Shown piece by piece: positions 14,282 through 29,208 of a DNA stretch of 64,000 bases. Position 1 is the first letter of the stretch. Every line of letters begins with the position of its first letter. Origin of the DNA: the human T2T-CHM13v2.0 reference genome, Homo sapiens; the NCBI RefSeq assembly GCF_009914755.1, contig NC_060925.1, one strand, 5' to 3'. Under the pieces are notes generated by a model. That model worked only from the letters and a program-made list of their open reading frames with translations, searched no databases and had not been told where the DNA came from. The translations under genes and the position numbers were made by a program.

Positions 14282-14339
14282 TTATTGAACATTTACTTTG
14301 TACCAAGCTCTAAAAAAGCTGATCAAGTCAGAGAAGTGT

Positions 14340-14610
14340 GGCCAGGTAGGGTAGTTCCCGCCTGTAATCCCAGCACTTTGGGAGGCTGAGGCAGGCGGAT
14401 CACCTGAGGTCAGGAGTTTGAGACCGGCCTGGCCAACATGGAGAAACCCCGTCTCTACTAAAAATACAAAATTAGCTGGGCATAGTGGCACATGCCTGTA
14501 ATTCCAGCTACTCAGAAGGCTGAGGTGGGAGAATAACTTGAAACCAGGAGGCAGAGGTTGCGGTAAGCCAAGATCATACCATTGCACTCCAGCCTGGGCA
14601 ACAAGAGTGA
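14340..14610 (+). mobile_element. AluSp/Sq-like, lacking 3' end and poly-A
   Basis: atggagaaacccc and caacaagag diagnostics; ends abruptly before the tail. Confidence 0.88.
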
Positions 14611-17600
14611 GTGGGGGTGGGGAGTTAACTGGAAGTATAATGAGAGCTACAAAGAGGTGATTGCTGCTAATTGGATTAAAAGACAAGGGGCTTCATCTAG
14701 ACTAGAGAAATTAAAGAGAAGATATATGGAGTCAGGGTCCCATTATGAATTCAAAATTTCAATCTAGAAATCTAAGTTAAGCACAGGCAGGGTAAAGACC
14801 ATTAAGTGACATTAGTAAAAAGTAAATTGCCAACAACAAAGTTTGCAGAGAGATAAACCAAAACCGCGTGGACCTCTGACATACATTATACCAGATATGG
14901 TCTGCACGGACATTTGGTCTGGAATAGATTCTTTATGTGAGCTCATATGCAGGCATTCAAAGTCCCCTTGGAAATAGGGGAGAACTAACATTTCTTTTTA
15001 TTAATCTAACATCTTATAAAGTAGTTATTGTTATCAGAGGAGAGGCAGCCTGGGTTCAAATCCTGACTCTGCTTACCAAAAGCAAAGGCTAGAATAAAAA
15101 CCTCCATGACTTACTGTCAAAATTTGTAAGGACATGCTCAAAACCACAGAGCACATTTTTAAGAGTAGAAGGAACAATAAATAGGAAAAAGGAAGTCCAA
15201 AAAACTTGGCAGATGGGTTCGAAATGTGAAATTTGGCTAGGCCAAAGAAAGAATGAGAAAGTAACTTGCAAGGAGGGACTTTGAAGCTAGTTAGAAAACA
15301 TCCTTTGACAGCCTTCTAGTATTAGCACATGTGAAATGCACTTTGGAAACATGACTGGCTGCTCACTGGAAAATGAGTGGGCCACTGGGCATTTGTAAGA
15401 GGTGGGAGGGGAGCTGAGTTGAGGAAGATGTTTAGAAATTAGCGAGACCCTGCCAGTAATCTCTGTTTGGGATTTTACTGAGGACCAGGTGATAGTGATT
15501 CCCTGTGCTAGAGTATATTTTGGCTTCTTGATGTTTCAGAGGCAAGACCTGTTCGCTCCACAAGTCAGTGATCATTTGAGCTGGAAGAGATACTAAAGAG
15601 CATCTAGACCCTGCTTCCTAAATATGCTCTGTAAAACACTAGCTCTAGTGGATTTTTACAGGTATTTCATAATAGATAATACTTACAGATATCATTCAAA
15701 ATTTTAGGGAGCACATGAATGAGAAATCTTGGGTTAAACATCTAAGACATCAAGAAGCCAACTTGCTTGCTTGAGGATGAACTTCTGATCTAGGATCCAT
15801 TAGCACTACCCTTATTATGCCTCAACTACATACACCTAAGAAAATATTATTAAGGATGCTACTCTCCTCCAAAAGACTGCACTAGCCTTATACTCTTCTA
15901 AGCTAGGCCAGATCTTTTCTAATTTGTGGTAAACACTGTATGTAACAGTACATCAAGTAACTTGATGACTATTAAAAGATAAGTTACAACTTTCCTCCTC
16001 CTTCCTCTCTTCCACATCTGACTCTACCATTCCCTCCATTCATTCTGTTATAGGAGGAATCAGATCCATTTTGAATCCAACAGAGCCATTCTTCACCAAA
16101 CCTCACTGATGAACCACCTGGATCTCTAGGGCTACTTGAGGGGCCCAGGCTCAAATTTTAGAATTTTCTGTTTAGGAGATTTCTAGATGTTAAAATTCAG
16201 TCCATCACTTCTTTTTAAAAACTTTTAGCACCTGATGGGATCTAAGTCCCAGAAAAGCTAACTAATACATTTGATTGATTTTATTGTCATCATCCTTATC
16301 ATTATCATCGTCTTCTTTATCATAATTATAGCCATATAAACATTGAAAATTTGCCATGTCAAAGCATGCTTCTAAGGCCTCTATTTCATACCTGAATAAA
16401 ATAGGGCCTAGAGAGGTTAGGTAACTGGCCTGAAGTCACTAAGTAGGGCCAGGATTTGAACTCAAATACTCTGACTGCAGGATCCACATTTTAAACCACC
16501 AGTCTAGTACCTCCATATGATTATTCTACCAGCCAAACTATTATGGCTCCTATTCTTCTTTGCTCTGCTGCCCCCATTGCTATGAATAATGGAAGAGAAA
16601 TAACACAGCTACATACTTACCACACGTGAGGCAACATGCCTGGCACTTTCTCACTCTTTCCCATCACTACCATTTGGGGTAGGCGATGTAGATCCACGGA
16701 AGACCACAAGGTATACTTGTTCAATGCCCACCCATCCTGACCCCCTGCCCCAGCTAGCAAATGGCAGAGCCTGGATGTGAAGATCTAGCTTTAAAGCCCG
16801 TGTTCATTCCAGAACTTTATTACTTCCTTAAAAATAGCCAGACATAGCCTGACTACAGTTTAAGCTAATTCATACATAATGAAGCATGGAGCACTTTTAT
16901 TATCTTCCACCTCCAGCATCATCATGGGGTTCTGCTAAATGTTCTCGGGGTACTGGGGAACACCTGAGGACCCATGAAAGACTGCACAGGTCCCTAACAT
17001 CACTCACTGATCCTCTTGAGGAAAACAGAACTTGATTTTGATTTATAGTTTGTTGTTCTAAAAGAATTATGGTCATGTCACTCACATCATCTCTCCCCCT
17101 CCCCCGACTCCTAATTCCAACACCATGATTTTATTATCTTTTTGGCTTGACAGACTAATAGATGATTTTAATTTCACAGAAGCCCACATAGGAGGGATGA
17201 CAAGGAAAATATGGGCTATGCAGATATCATTTTTAAAACTTAGGCTATGATGACTCAGGGGGGAAGTGGATGACATTTTTAAGTACCTAGCTTTATGGTT
17301 TATCTTTCCATCTTATCAACCTTCCACAATAATTTATTCAGGGAGAAAATTTAAAAGCTTTCCAATGCCACTTATGAGCAGAGCTTTCTCCAAGCATTCA
17401 ATGCTTTCATCTTCTCTTCTCCAGAATAAAATGCTCTTTGGTTAAAGTGGGCTAGAAATGTACATATGGTATTCAAGACAGTTCACTATGGCAACCTCAG
17501 TTTTAGAAAACAGGCATTAGGAGGGCTCAGCTTTGAGAACATCAGTAACTATAGTCCCAGCTCCCTCCCAAACTCACTAAGTTGGGGCTTTAATCAAACA

Positions 17601-18110
17601 AAAAAAATTCATCCTGGAACAAATTAATATAAACAAACACTGCACAAAACAAACTCTATACACAACAATATTGGCTTTAAAAATAAAGCCCTACACACAG
17701 AATGAGAACCGCCCTCCCAATTACCTACGTGCCAATTATCCCATGCACTGACTGCTGTTAATTACCTAATTGCTTGTCTGCAGTACATCATTTAATTGTG
17801 GTACATTGCTTCTACTGTCCTAATGATCAGCAGGAGAACGTAATTCCCTAGGACCTGGGGAGTGAAACCTTATCTCAGGTTGAAAGGAAAGTAGAGCCCA
17901 AGTGAAACATCGACTAAAGAAATGTCTGGTTATTAACCAAGGGCAACAAAGTGTGAATTCAGAACCTCTAAGACTGGAGGTGGAAGTAGGGGATGGGCAG
18001 TGGGGAGGAGAAAGGGAAAAATATGTATTGAGTGGTTCCTGCAGGTAATGTGTCACTTTTTCTTTTTGTTTGTTTTACTGTATGTAAACTTCTCAATAAA
18101 CCCAATTAGG

Positions 18111-18480
18111 GCAGCCATAAAAAAGAATGAGTTCATGTCCTTTGCAGAGACATGGATGAAGCTGGAAACCATCATCCTCAGCAAACTAACACAGGAACAG
18201 AAAACCAAACACCACATGTTCTCATTCATAAGTGGGAATTGAACAATGAGAACACATGGACACAGGGAGGGGAACATCACACACTGGGGCCTGTTTGGGG
18301 TGTGGGGGGGTCAAGGGGAGAGAGAGCATTTGGACAAAAACCTAATGCACATGGGACTTAAAACCTAGATGATGGGTTGATAGGTGCAGCAAACCACAAT
18401 GGCACATGTATACCTATGTAACAAACCTGTACGTTCTGCACATGTATCCCAGAACTTAAAATAAATAAACAAAATGCCAA
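18111..18480 (+). mobile_element. 5'-truncated L1PA (about PA7-8) 3' end
   Basis: L1 ORF2 C-terminus and 3'UTR; TSD aaacc(c/t)aattagg at 18098-18110 and 18481-18493. Confidence 0.92.
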
Positions 18481-18494
18481 AAACCTAATTAGGA

Positions 18495-18630
18495 AGGACT
18501 TGTATCAGCCCCTTTTCACAAACAAGGAAACTGAGGCTCTGAATGGTTAAGTAATTTGCCCAAAGGCACATAGCTGGTCAGCAGTCAAATCAGTATTCAA
18601 ACATAGTCCTTAGACTCAAAGCATTGGCCT
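18495..18630 (-). mobile_element. MIR fragment
   Basis: ggaaactgaggctc...ggttaagtaatttgcccaaaggcacatagct core. Confidence 0.75.
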
Positions 18631-21600
18631 TTCTAGTGAGTTACTAATAGCATGGCCGGGTTAACCCGCTGCCTAACGAAAGTGAAATGTGTCATGCCTC
18701 CCACACCCATCACATCCAGCTACTTGCTGTGTGCCTGTCACTACGAGGGGGAAATTTGTCACATCTCCCAACCTGGGGTATTACTGTGGTTTTACCGTAC
18801 ATGTTTCTGAGTGTATTGGCGGTGGCAAAGGCCACTGGAGAAAGATACTTAGGAGACAACCCAAGCTACTCCTGAAAAGTTAACAGACTAGAAGAATGCA
18901 GAAGCCAAAGAATGCCAATATGGGAACAGCTGAGAGCCACACTTCACTGAGGCTACCACAGAATGTGACACTCCTTAGCCAGAAGAGCACGTGCCAGGTT
19001 TGGAATCTGCCACTTATTAACCGGGCAACCTTGGAAAAGGGGTTTTCTTCCTCACAGGGTCCTAGTTTATTCCATTGAGAAATGGGAATGATACAGTAAT
19101 GTCATGAGGCTGTTCCGAAGATGTAATAAGCTGACATACACGTACTGATACTGTGACGTAGCTTGTACAATATCTGGAGTTGGTAATAATTTACTATTTA
19201 TAGTCTGCAAAGCTCTGATTACAGACACAAGATGATTCTAGGCTTTGAGGAAAAAGCGCATAGACCTTGCACCCTAGAGAGCCAAGGGTTTGATGAGGAA
19301 GGCTCTACTTCCCCTTCTTTTCATGAATAGCCACAAGCCACCTCCCTCAGAAGAAACAATAGCGCTGTGCTTTTCTTTTGTGCCTCCCTCTAGACTTCCT
19401 GTTAACTGACCTAAGATCTCAAAATAGCCTGATTTTTCCCTCCAAGAATGGAACTGGCCAAAACAGTGGGCAAATGCTGACCTCTTCACTGTCAGGAGCT
19501 GAAGAGGCAGCAAGGCCAGCAATGGATTCCACTTCCCAGAGCGACTGATCCCTCCTTTGCTGCAAGAGGTGCAGAGAACCTGCGGATAACACCTACCCCA
19601 CAGAACATTGCGCAGGGCAATAACCCTGCATGAACAAAGGCAGAGGAACTGCCTTCTTTTTACTTTACAAAAGGCACAGGATAATAAAGAATAGGGTATC
19701 AATCACGTGGACAGAACAAAATAACAATAACATACAAATGAATTGAGCACTCGCTATGTAGTAGTAGGCTTCATGTGAGCTTTGCAAATATTATCTTATT
19801 TAATGCTTGCAACTATCCTACAAGTTAGAAATTTTCATCATCCGCATTTTACAGAAAAGGAAGCTTTTATAGCTCCTCCAGAATTATAGAAGCAATAAGT
19901 GGCAGAAGCAGGACCCAGACCAAAGTCTCACCTGGCTCAGACCTCACAAGCAAGAAAAACTAAAGGCCAAAATGCTGGATTTGCCTCCAGGTTCTGCCTC
20001 TTTCATCCTTGTCTGTGCCCTCATGTGGCTTTGGAGGAAATGGAGGAAGGCAACAGTTTCTTCCTGAGTTGGGTTCCAAGAGCAGAGCTGAGAGCTAGGT
20101 GATGTTCATACCCTTGGATTTAGGGAAAAAGGGATGTGGCTTAGAATACAGAGGCTAGAGTAGAACAGGAAACTGTGATCAGGAAGACTTTGGCCAAGGT
20201 GTCACTTCTGGCTCCAATTCTTTCATCCCAACCCAGCTCTGTGACCTTTCTATAAAATGTGAAATGAGGGTGTTAGGGAAGTAGAGAAGAGATTGAACGG
20301 TTACCAAGTCATCTTCTAGCTCAGAGTCTTTGCTGCACATTGGAGAAGATCAACAAGATCAAGAAACTCCCCAGATAGATGTCAAAGGCACTGTGTTGTC
20401 AAGAATCTTAGCAAATAAAACACTTAATTTTGCCAAGATAGAAACAGCTACAACAATACACTTTACTTTACCAGGAAAAAAAAATAGCTAGGAGAATAAT
20501 TCATGCATGTAATGTTCTTGTCTTCCATGCCCTACGTAACTACGAATTAATTCTCAGAAGGACACAATGAGAGACTACAATGGCAATAATAAAATGACAA
20601 GCCTCTTTTTTTTTTTTTCCAAAAAAGAATGGCTACCTCTTTACACAAAGGCTTTCACTAAACTTCCTCTGGATCCATACCAGACTCATATATAGTCACT
20701 TAGAGTTAGAAGAAAATTTGAAGGTCAGCTAGTTTGACTCTCCAACAGTCGCCTAAGTCCCTTCCACAATGTTTCTGAATATGGGTACCTAGGAGATGCC
20801 TAAGTACCCTCATAATAACAAATTTGATACACTCAAAGCAGCCTATTTCATTCTTTGGGGAGCTCTGATTTTTTTCAAAAGACTTTTTATACTGTGCCAA
20901 AATCTGTCTATAATTTTGGTTCTTCCTCTGTACCCTGTGGCTATAAAAAATCCTCCACAACAGCCCTTCAAAAATGTAGCCCCTGCGTCTTCTCTTCTGC
21001 AGAGCTATCACTCTACTTACAGAAAAAATCTGACCACTGAGGTGTCATTGTTTTTGTTGTCATTCTTGTTTTTTTTTAAAGACAGATTTACTTGAGCCAC
21101 AATTATTCCAAGAAGATTACTCCTCCAAATAACCCAAACTGCATATTTTTTCAACCTATATTATCAGCAACACTGAAAGCTGATTATAATCAACTTGCTT
21201 TCATAGAAAGAAGGAATACATCAAAAAATAGCTTATAAGAGAATCCACTTGGCTAAATGTATCACCAGCAAGCATCCCATGTTCCCAACCAACAGATCAA
21301 CCAGGAAGAACATTGGATGCACATTTCTCCACCACTGCCCACCCTCCACTAGAATTTAAATGGCCAGGTTTCAAACCACAGAACTATAAAAACCATCTTG
21401 CCACAATCTTGCATTTTATTATGTGGAAGTTGAGGCCCAGAGTTGAGGCCCATCTCTTTCTCCTTGCCATCCTCAAATATTTATTAATTCTAGGCACCCC
21501 ACACTTGTTTATGCACTGAGGATACTAAGGCACCAAGCCCTTGCCTTCTCAGGTCTCTGTGCAGGGACCCACAAGATAGTCCAAGGGATTTAAAACAGGT

Positions 21601-21739
21601 GGAGGAATATTGCTGGGGTAGCCCCGTGACAGGCATTGGAACCTTGTACAAAGGACTTAGAAGACAAAGGGTTGTTTCCTTTCTCCAGGCTTTGCTCAAA
21701 CTGCCCCTCCCAGTAGATCATTGGCCCCTTCTGTTAGGC

Positions 21740-22660
21740 AAACTCATTCTTTGGATTCAGCTCAGGTATCACCCCTGACAATTAATCCTTGACTCCCTTT
21801 AGCTGTCCCCCTCCTTTATGCTCCCATAATACCTTGTTCAAATCACAATCACTGTACTTAGCACTTCTACGCATTTATCTTTCTTGTGTTAATCTTTTCC
21901 ATTAGACTTTAGGTTCCCAGAGATAGGGAACTGAGTATCATTGGGTTTTATATGTCTAGTCTAGTTCAGTTGGCACAATACTGGGTTTGATGAATGAAAA
22001 AGTAAACATTTCAGCAGTTTTTAGGGCTAACAGGGGTTTGTCACACACAGAAAAGAATTCCAGGTTGAGAAAGCAGCAGGCAGAGACACGGCACTCTGAA
22101 GGGATGTGGTGTGCTTGGAGTACTGTGTGGAATTCTCATGGTGGCAGTTCAGGGTGGGAAAGGTGGGCATGGGGATAAGTGGTTGAGTTCGGGGCTCAGG
22201 GGTTAAGTTTGGGCCAGATGTGGACAATCACATATACCATGCTGAAATGTGCAGATATTATCCCTTAGTCAGGTGGGAGACTGACAGATCAGATTTTTAA
22301 GGTTAGTCAAGCAGCCATAAGAAGGAAGCACTCCACTGAGGGCAGACACGAGGCAGGAAGGTGAGTTTGGAGCCCATTGCATGATCCAGCTAGGGCATGA
22401 GGAAGGTTTTTAATGAAGAGCTTTGTGTCCTGAGAATTCTGTGGGGGCCTTGAGGATGAAGGCAAAGTACTGACTTAGAGTTGAGCGCTTAGGCAGAACC
22501 AACAGGATCTGTTGAGTAACACAAGGCCTCAGAGAGGGGGAAGCAGCATCAACGTTGATGCCAGGGTTTCTAACTTGGAACCCCAGGACAAATCAGACAA
22601 TGTAAATAGGAACCGTGAGACAGTGAGCAGGTTGGGAGAAAGATTATGAGGTCATTTTAG
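21740..22660. mobile_element. L2 fragments in both orientations
   Basis: Degenerate L2 3'-end motifs; boundaries approximate. Confidence 0.5.
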
Positions 22661-23437
22661 GAAAGATTCCTATGACAACCTTTCCATATGATTTCTCCAG
22701 GTGCAGAGCTATCTTGTTATTGTTTTAACCAAAAGAGTCAGAGAGATGAAGTGCAAGAAAATCCGTCATGAAAACCTCAAGAGTACAAGACCAATACTTT
22801 AATCCTCACAGAGATAGATGGAGGAGTTCTGATGATTTGAGAGTGAAAGAAACAATTTCAGGTCAAAGATCTTCTGGTTCTTAAACCACCAATCATTTCT
22901 CAACCAGTTTAGTTGGGAGTTGAATGCAAAATATTCTCTAGACAAACAAATTCCATGTCTCTCTTATTCTCTGGACCCAACTAAATCATTTTCATATCTG
23001 TTAAAAAATTACCATTACTAGCTGGCAGGCTAATGGCTTCATACTACTCAGCAAATCCCAGTCACCACAGAGAATTCAGTTTACATTAATTAAATGGCCC
23101 CACAGAGCCATGTTGCTGACTAGCAACCTCACATTTTACTCATCTTTTCAAAATGCTAGCAGGTCTAGATATTGATGGGGGAAAAAAAAGCCACCTCCCT
23201 GCCCCCTCCAAGCACATAAATAAATCCCTTCTGCACCAAAACGGATCCATCTTCTAATCTAGCAACATCCCCTCTCTCCTCCATTTTATAGCAAAAGCCC
23301 CGCAGAGCAAACAACAAACAGATCCTCTTTAGAACCAATTACTCTACTTAAATAAACAGCAAAGGGACTTTTCTGGTCACAGTGATTATCCAAAGTGTAC
23401 AGAGACTGTTCTTTGTGGAAAATAACTGAAACTTTTA

Positions 23438-23770
<333 letters not shown>

Positions 23771-24485
23771 CTATTTTAACGTGAACCTTAATAACATCCT
23801 TAACAACATGCAGTTTAAGAAATGTTAAAGTAGCAGTTAACACATGCCAAAGTTTAATCACTTTGAGATCACTTATGTCACCTCCTCAAAGGGTTATCTT
23901 GATCATGCTATCCAAAATAGGACACACACACCCATTATTCTTTATCACACCCCCTTTTTCCCCTATAACACTGATAATAATCCTTCATTATATTACTTAT
24001 TTACTGGTTTATTGCATGTATCTCAACTTGATAGCTCATGTGTCTTATTCATCCACATAACACAGTGCCTGCACATGGTGGGAGCTCAACCAATATTTAT
24101 AGGCAGAAGGAAAGAATGGAGGTAGACTGTGGTGGGTCTATATTAGCGTGACTGAGAGGTGAATATTTAAGGGAGCACGTGGACTCTTCATCAGAAATCT
24201 AATGAGCAAGAGAGGTTTCCTTTCTCTGGGATGATCCACATGGAAGAAGTCAGACAAGTGCAGAGTTCTCTCCTTACCATAGCATGTCCACCACCCTAAG
24301 GTTTATGTTTGTATGGTGCCTCTTTCTCATCCTCTCTCCCATACCTCCTTCCAGAGTATGTTCCTTACCCTTGCTAAATGTCCTCCTGGTGGTATAAAAA
24401 TATAGGCTCTATATAAATGGCATCTCCAGGATCCTCTCTATCCCTAGCATTCCACAAGAATACATTTAATAAGTCAATAGAATAA

Positions 24486-24849
24486 TGCTATGGACTGAAT
24501 GTTTGTGCCCCTCCCCCATAATTCATATATTAAAATCCTAACCCTTAGTGCAATGATGTCAGGAAGTGAAGCCTTTGGGAGGTAATTAAGTCATGGGGGT
24601 GGAGCCTCTCATAAATGGGATTAATGTCCTTATAAAAGGGACTCCTAAGAGCTCTCCTGTGCTCTTTCTATCACGTGAGGATACAATGAGAAGTAGGCAG
24701 TCTGCAAACCAGAAGGGGGCCCTCACCAGAACCTGACAATGCTGTCCCCTGGTCTCAGACTTCCAGCTTCCAGAACTGAGAGAAATAAATTTCTGTTGTT
24801 TATAAGTTACCCAGACTATGGTATTTTGTTATAGAAGCCCAAATTAAGA
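24486..24849 (+). mobile_element. MLT1A0-like MaLR solo LTR
   Basis: tgctatggactgaatgtttgtg...gagaaataaatttctgttgtttataag. Confidence 0.85.
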
Positions 24850-25834
24850 AAAGTACTAATCCCATATAGCCATATTCTGGGTCAAAGCTTTATCAAATCG
24901 TCTCTAACCATCTGCTTTTCACACCTAGGGATATTCTTCCTACCTTTGCCAGCAAGCAACATTTTAACATATGTCAAATGCAAAGCCTAATTCATTTCTG
25001 GCATAGCCTCTGGTTATAAATAGCTTAAAATGTTGTTTATCTTGCCTCTAAATTTTCAGCACGATAAACACAAATTTGAATCCCCAGGGAGCCAACGAGG
25101 AGTATGCAAGAGGAAGGAAAAAATGCTACAAAGGGTGAAAAGTAATGTATTCAAGGGAGTTGTCAGCCTGTACATCCAGATAGGCCAAGCTCCACAGCTG
25201 AAATCAAAGGACCTGTAGCTCAGTGTGTTTAATAGGCCAGCTGTTTTCCTGATTAAAGCTAAGGAGGTAATTATACTTCCAAGTACATGGATAGAACTTG
25301 ACTTTACCTCAAACATCAAAAAGTATCCATTCTAAGTATGTAAGATATCTGTGGGCACAGCCTTCCCTAAGAACCTCCAGAATGTGAGCTGAAAAACATT
25401 TATACTAGACATTACTTCACAATTCTCTATGTGTTTGTGGTTCTAATTTACAAAGATGGTTTTACTGAGTCAATGTGAATAGGATACATGCTTGGGGTAG
25501 CTTCCAGGCAAATATGTCTTTAAAACTGTGCTACTTAGATTCCCTTACCAAGTTCTTTTTTCAATCATCTGTAACATGGGTGGCTAATTTAGGGCTGGGG
25601 TCAGTAGAGGGAAATGTTTCTCTCTGTAGGATGCTAACTGGCTTCCATGGAAATAGGCTCATTTATTGTGTACTCCCTAGTACTCAGTTCTAACCAACAA
25701 GGCTGGCCAATTCATTTGTAAATATTATATGTATTAAGCATTCTATAACCTCCCTATACTGCCCACAATGGCTCATGCACCCTTCATATTTGTGTCATCT
25801 TGTTCCTCTAGAGAATATCCTTCCTCCAGCACAT

Positions 25835-26402
25835 TATGGTAGGTAGTTAAAAAATAGGCCCCATCCATTCTTTTCCATACGGTACACACATGCTGCAACT
25901 CACATCAAGAGGTGAAGTCTAATTCCCTCCCCTTGAATCTGGGCTGGCCTTAGTCACTGACTGGCCTCAACCAATAGAAAGTGGAAGAAGCGATGTTCTG
26001 GGATTTTGAGTCAAGGTCATAAGAAGCCTTGCAGGCTCTGCCTGGATCACTTAGAACACTCATTCTTGGGACTCTCCCTCTTGGAACCCAATCAACAAGT
26101 GAGAAGCACAAGCCACACAAGGGGTCACATGTATGTGCTGTGGCCCACAGCCCAGCTGAGCTCTCAGCTGACAGTCTCGACTGCCAGTCATGTCAAGAAG
26201 CCATCTTAGTTGTCCTGCTCAGTCCAGCCTTCAGATGACTATAGCCCCAGTCAATGCCTGACTGCAACCACATGTGGGAAGTGCAAGTGAGAACCAACCA
26301 GCTGAGCTAAACAGCCCACAGAATGGAAGAAACAATAATAAGTTTCTTAAGCCACTAAATTTAGGGGCGGTTTGCTACACAGCAATAGATAGCCAGAATA
26401 CA
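25835..26402 (+). mobile_element. MLT1 (F/G-like) MaLR solo LTR
   Basis: ccccttgaatctgggctggccttag...ttaagccactaaattt...cagcaatagatagccagaataca. Confidence 0.75.
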
Positions 26403-26411
26403 CAGAATCAT

Positions 26412-26648
26412 GGAGCTTGAGACCAGCCTGGGCAACAAAGTGAGACCTTGCCTCTGCAAAAAATAAAAAATAGCTGGGCATGGTGGCATGCACCTGTAGT
26501 TCCAACTACTCAGAAGGCTGAGATGGGAGGATTGCTTGAACCCAGGAATCCAGGAGTTTGAGACTGCAGTGAGCTATAATTTGGCCACCGCACTCCAGCC
26601 TGGGCTACAGAGCAAGACTCTGTCTCAAAAAAAAAAAAAAAAAAAAAA
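26412..26648 (+). mobile_element. 5'-truncated AluJ-like
   Basis: gggaggattgcttga, gagtttgagactgcagtgagctat, A tail. Confidence 0.85.
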
Positions 26649-28865
26649 TTACCTGCCAGGTTACGTAATATTCCAGCAGAACATCACAAATCATCCCAAC
26701 TCTGAGCTGGCATCCCCCACTTCCTTCCCTGAAAGAATGATACAAGAGAGAGCAAGGGGTGGCTCTAAGAGGGGCAGATTTTCCTCTGGAAGTGTCTTGA
26801 GTATCTGTGAGAAAATGTAGAATGTATAAAACCTGCAGTCTCCTATTGGGATGAAATGTGGTATAAGCCAGAACTATTGAGAGTAGAAGCTAGTTGATAA
26901 TCTTGCCTGATTTGTATTAAGATTACTTCATCTAAACAAGACCCAATATATGAGTGTTATACTTTTCAAATGAATTTGGGAGTCGTTTTTCTAATTATAA
27001 AAGAAACTATTAGGTAAAATAGTAGCACTGCATGGGCATGTAATTACCCATATATCTATAAAAATTCAGTTTATAAGCAACTCTTCAGGGGCATATCTAT
27101 TGCATAAAACAAGGGGCAACCATATTGTGGTCGGAATACACCATGAAATAAATAAGTGCATCTGTAGAAATGACAACATTCCCATTATGAAACATTTTCC
27201 AATCACAGGTTTTGACAGAAAAAATAAATGGAGGGTAGATCCTACTACAAAAAGTATTTCACAGTAAGATAATCATGATTAATCTGTAGGGTCTAAGAGT
27301 CTCAGTATTGTCATAACTTGAGTTGATTTTCAACCCAAATTGAAAATCATATAACTTTACTTCCTGTCAAGGCAGTAGTTTTGGTATAAATTATCTGTTA
27401 GTGAGATTTAAGAACGTAATATCAGAGGACCTGTCAGATCCAAAACAAACTCAGGACTATTCTGGCAAATGCGAAATGTTTTTATGACACACATAACTTG
27501 GGAGAACTGTCAAGGGGAAGGAGATAGAACATTTGGCAAGCTGCTTGTAAGTTACACACAATGCTGGAAATAATGACTTCCCAGGTCAGGGTTGCAAATC
27601 AGAAGCCCGGACAAGCACTACACCCACATTTGTTTCTTGTTTGCCAGTGTGTAAAATAATCATTCACTCAAGAACAAAAGGTACCCCAATGCACTCAGCA
27701 ATCAAACTACTGGAGGCAATCAGCCTATTGATTTATTTATTACACTGAGGCTCTGGGTGCAGAATGTTAAAACTTAATGTTCCAAGTCTCTAAAATACTA
27801 ACATTCTAAATGGACATTCTGAGCTGGGAAAAAAAAAAGAAGGAAGTAAGGAAAGGCAGCCTAATTAAAACTCCAGGCAAACATCTCAGTAATAATTAAT
27901 CCTCCTCCTCTTCCCCCCAATTATATGGAGCTGTCTTTACTGAACCTCCACTTCTGCAGTGGACATAAACATCCCTGTGGGGTACCAATGTAGGACTGAA
28001 GAACATCCACAAAACATAGGTAGGAAGTGGGACACAGGGCTGAGGTGGCACAGGGCCAGGGAGGGGCACAGCACAGAAGAAAACTAAGCCCCTGCAGGCA
28101 ATTTGGTTAAATGAAGGGCAAAGGCTAGAACAGCCAGCCACTTGAGAAAGCTGAAGGTGGGTGGGTAGGGTGAAATGGGATTACCAGGGTGAATTCAAGA
28201 GATGCTGGAACTCTGGGACCCTGGAAGGATCAATAGCCTTCTTGAGGTTGAAGAGTGGCAGGGAAGCAATTCTGATCTGAACCCTACAACTAAGTCTGGA
28301 ACGCTCCAGAGAAGGTGCTGTTTATTCAAAGACAGGCTCTGAGTGAGCTTGGCAGGTCTGGGAGATCAGAAAAAAATGAAATTTCTGGCTGCTTCTCTTC
28401 ACTATTTCCTATTATATGCTCTTTTAAGGACTATCTCACAGTGTTATAATGTACTCCACAAAATATAATTCTAATGTTAAACTTACTACCTGCTGTTGAG
28501 ATCATTATTTCTAGACCCAAACCAATTAAAAAAAATTCATTCAGTCATTCATGCAACTTTTGCCAGGCACTGTTCTAGGGGCTGAGGGGTAACAGTGGAA
28601 CAGCAGATGCAGTGGGGGAAGGAGATGCAGGTGACTATAATGTGTTAGGGGCTATAACAAGGGAGAGTCCAGGAGGGGTATCCAGCTCAAGTTCAAGGGA
28701 TAAGGGAAGTCTTCCAAGATTAATGTCTGAGCTGCAACCTGAAGGATGAGTTCAAGTTAAGCAGCATAAAGCTGAAGCATGGAGATGATTCCAGGCAGAG
28801 GGATCAGCATGAGCAAAGGCCTTGAGACACAAAGATCTGCCTCTTTAGCAAAACTGAAAAGCCAT

Positions 28866-29208
<343 letters not shown>

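Noticed and set aside
19274-19702. 142-aa minus-strand ORF in intron 10
   Set aside because: Does not resemble the KCNH1 C-terminus or any family I recognise.
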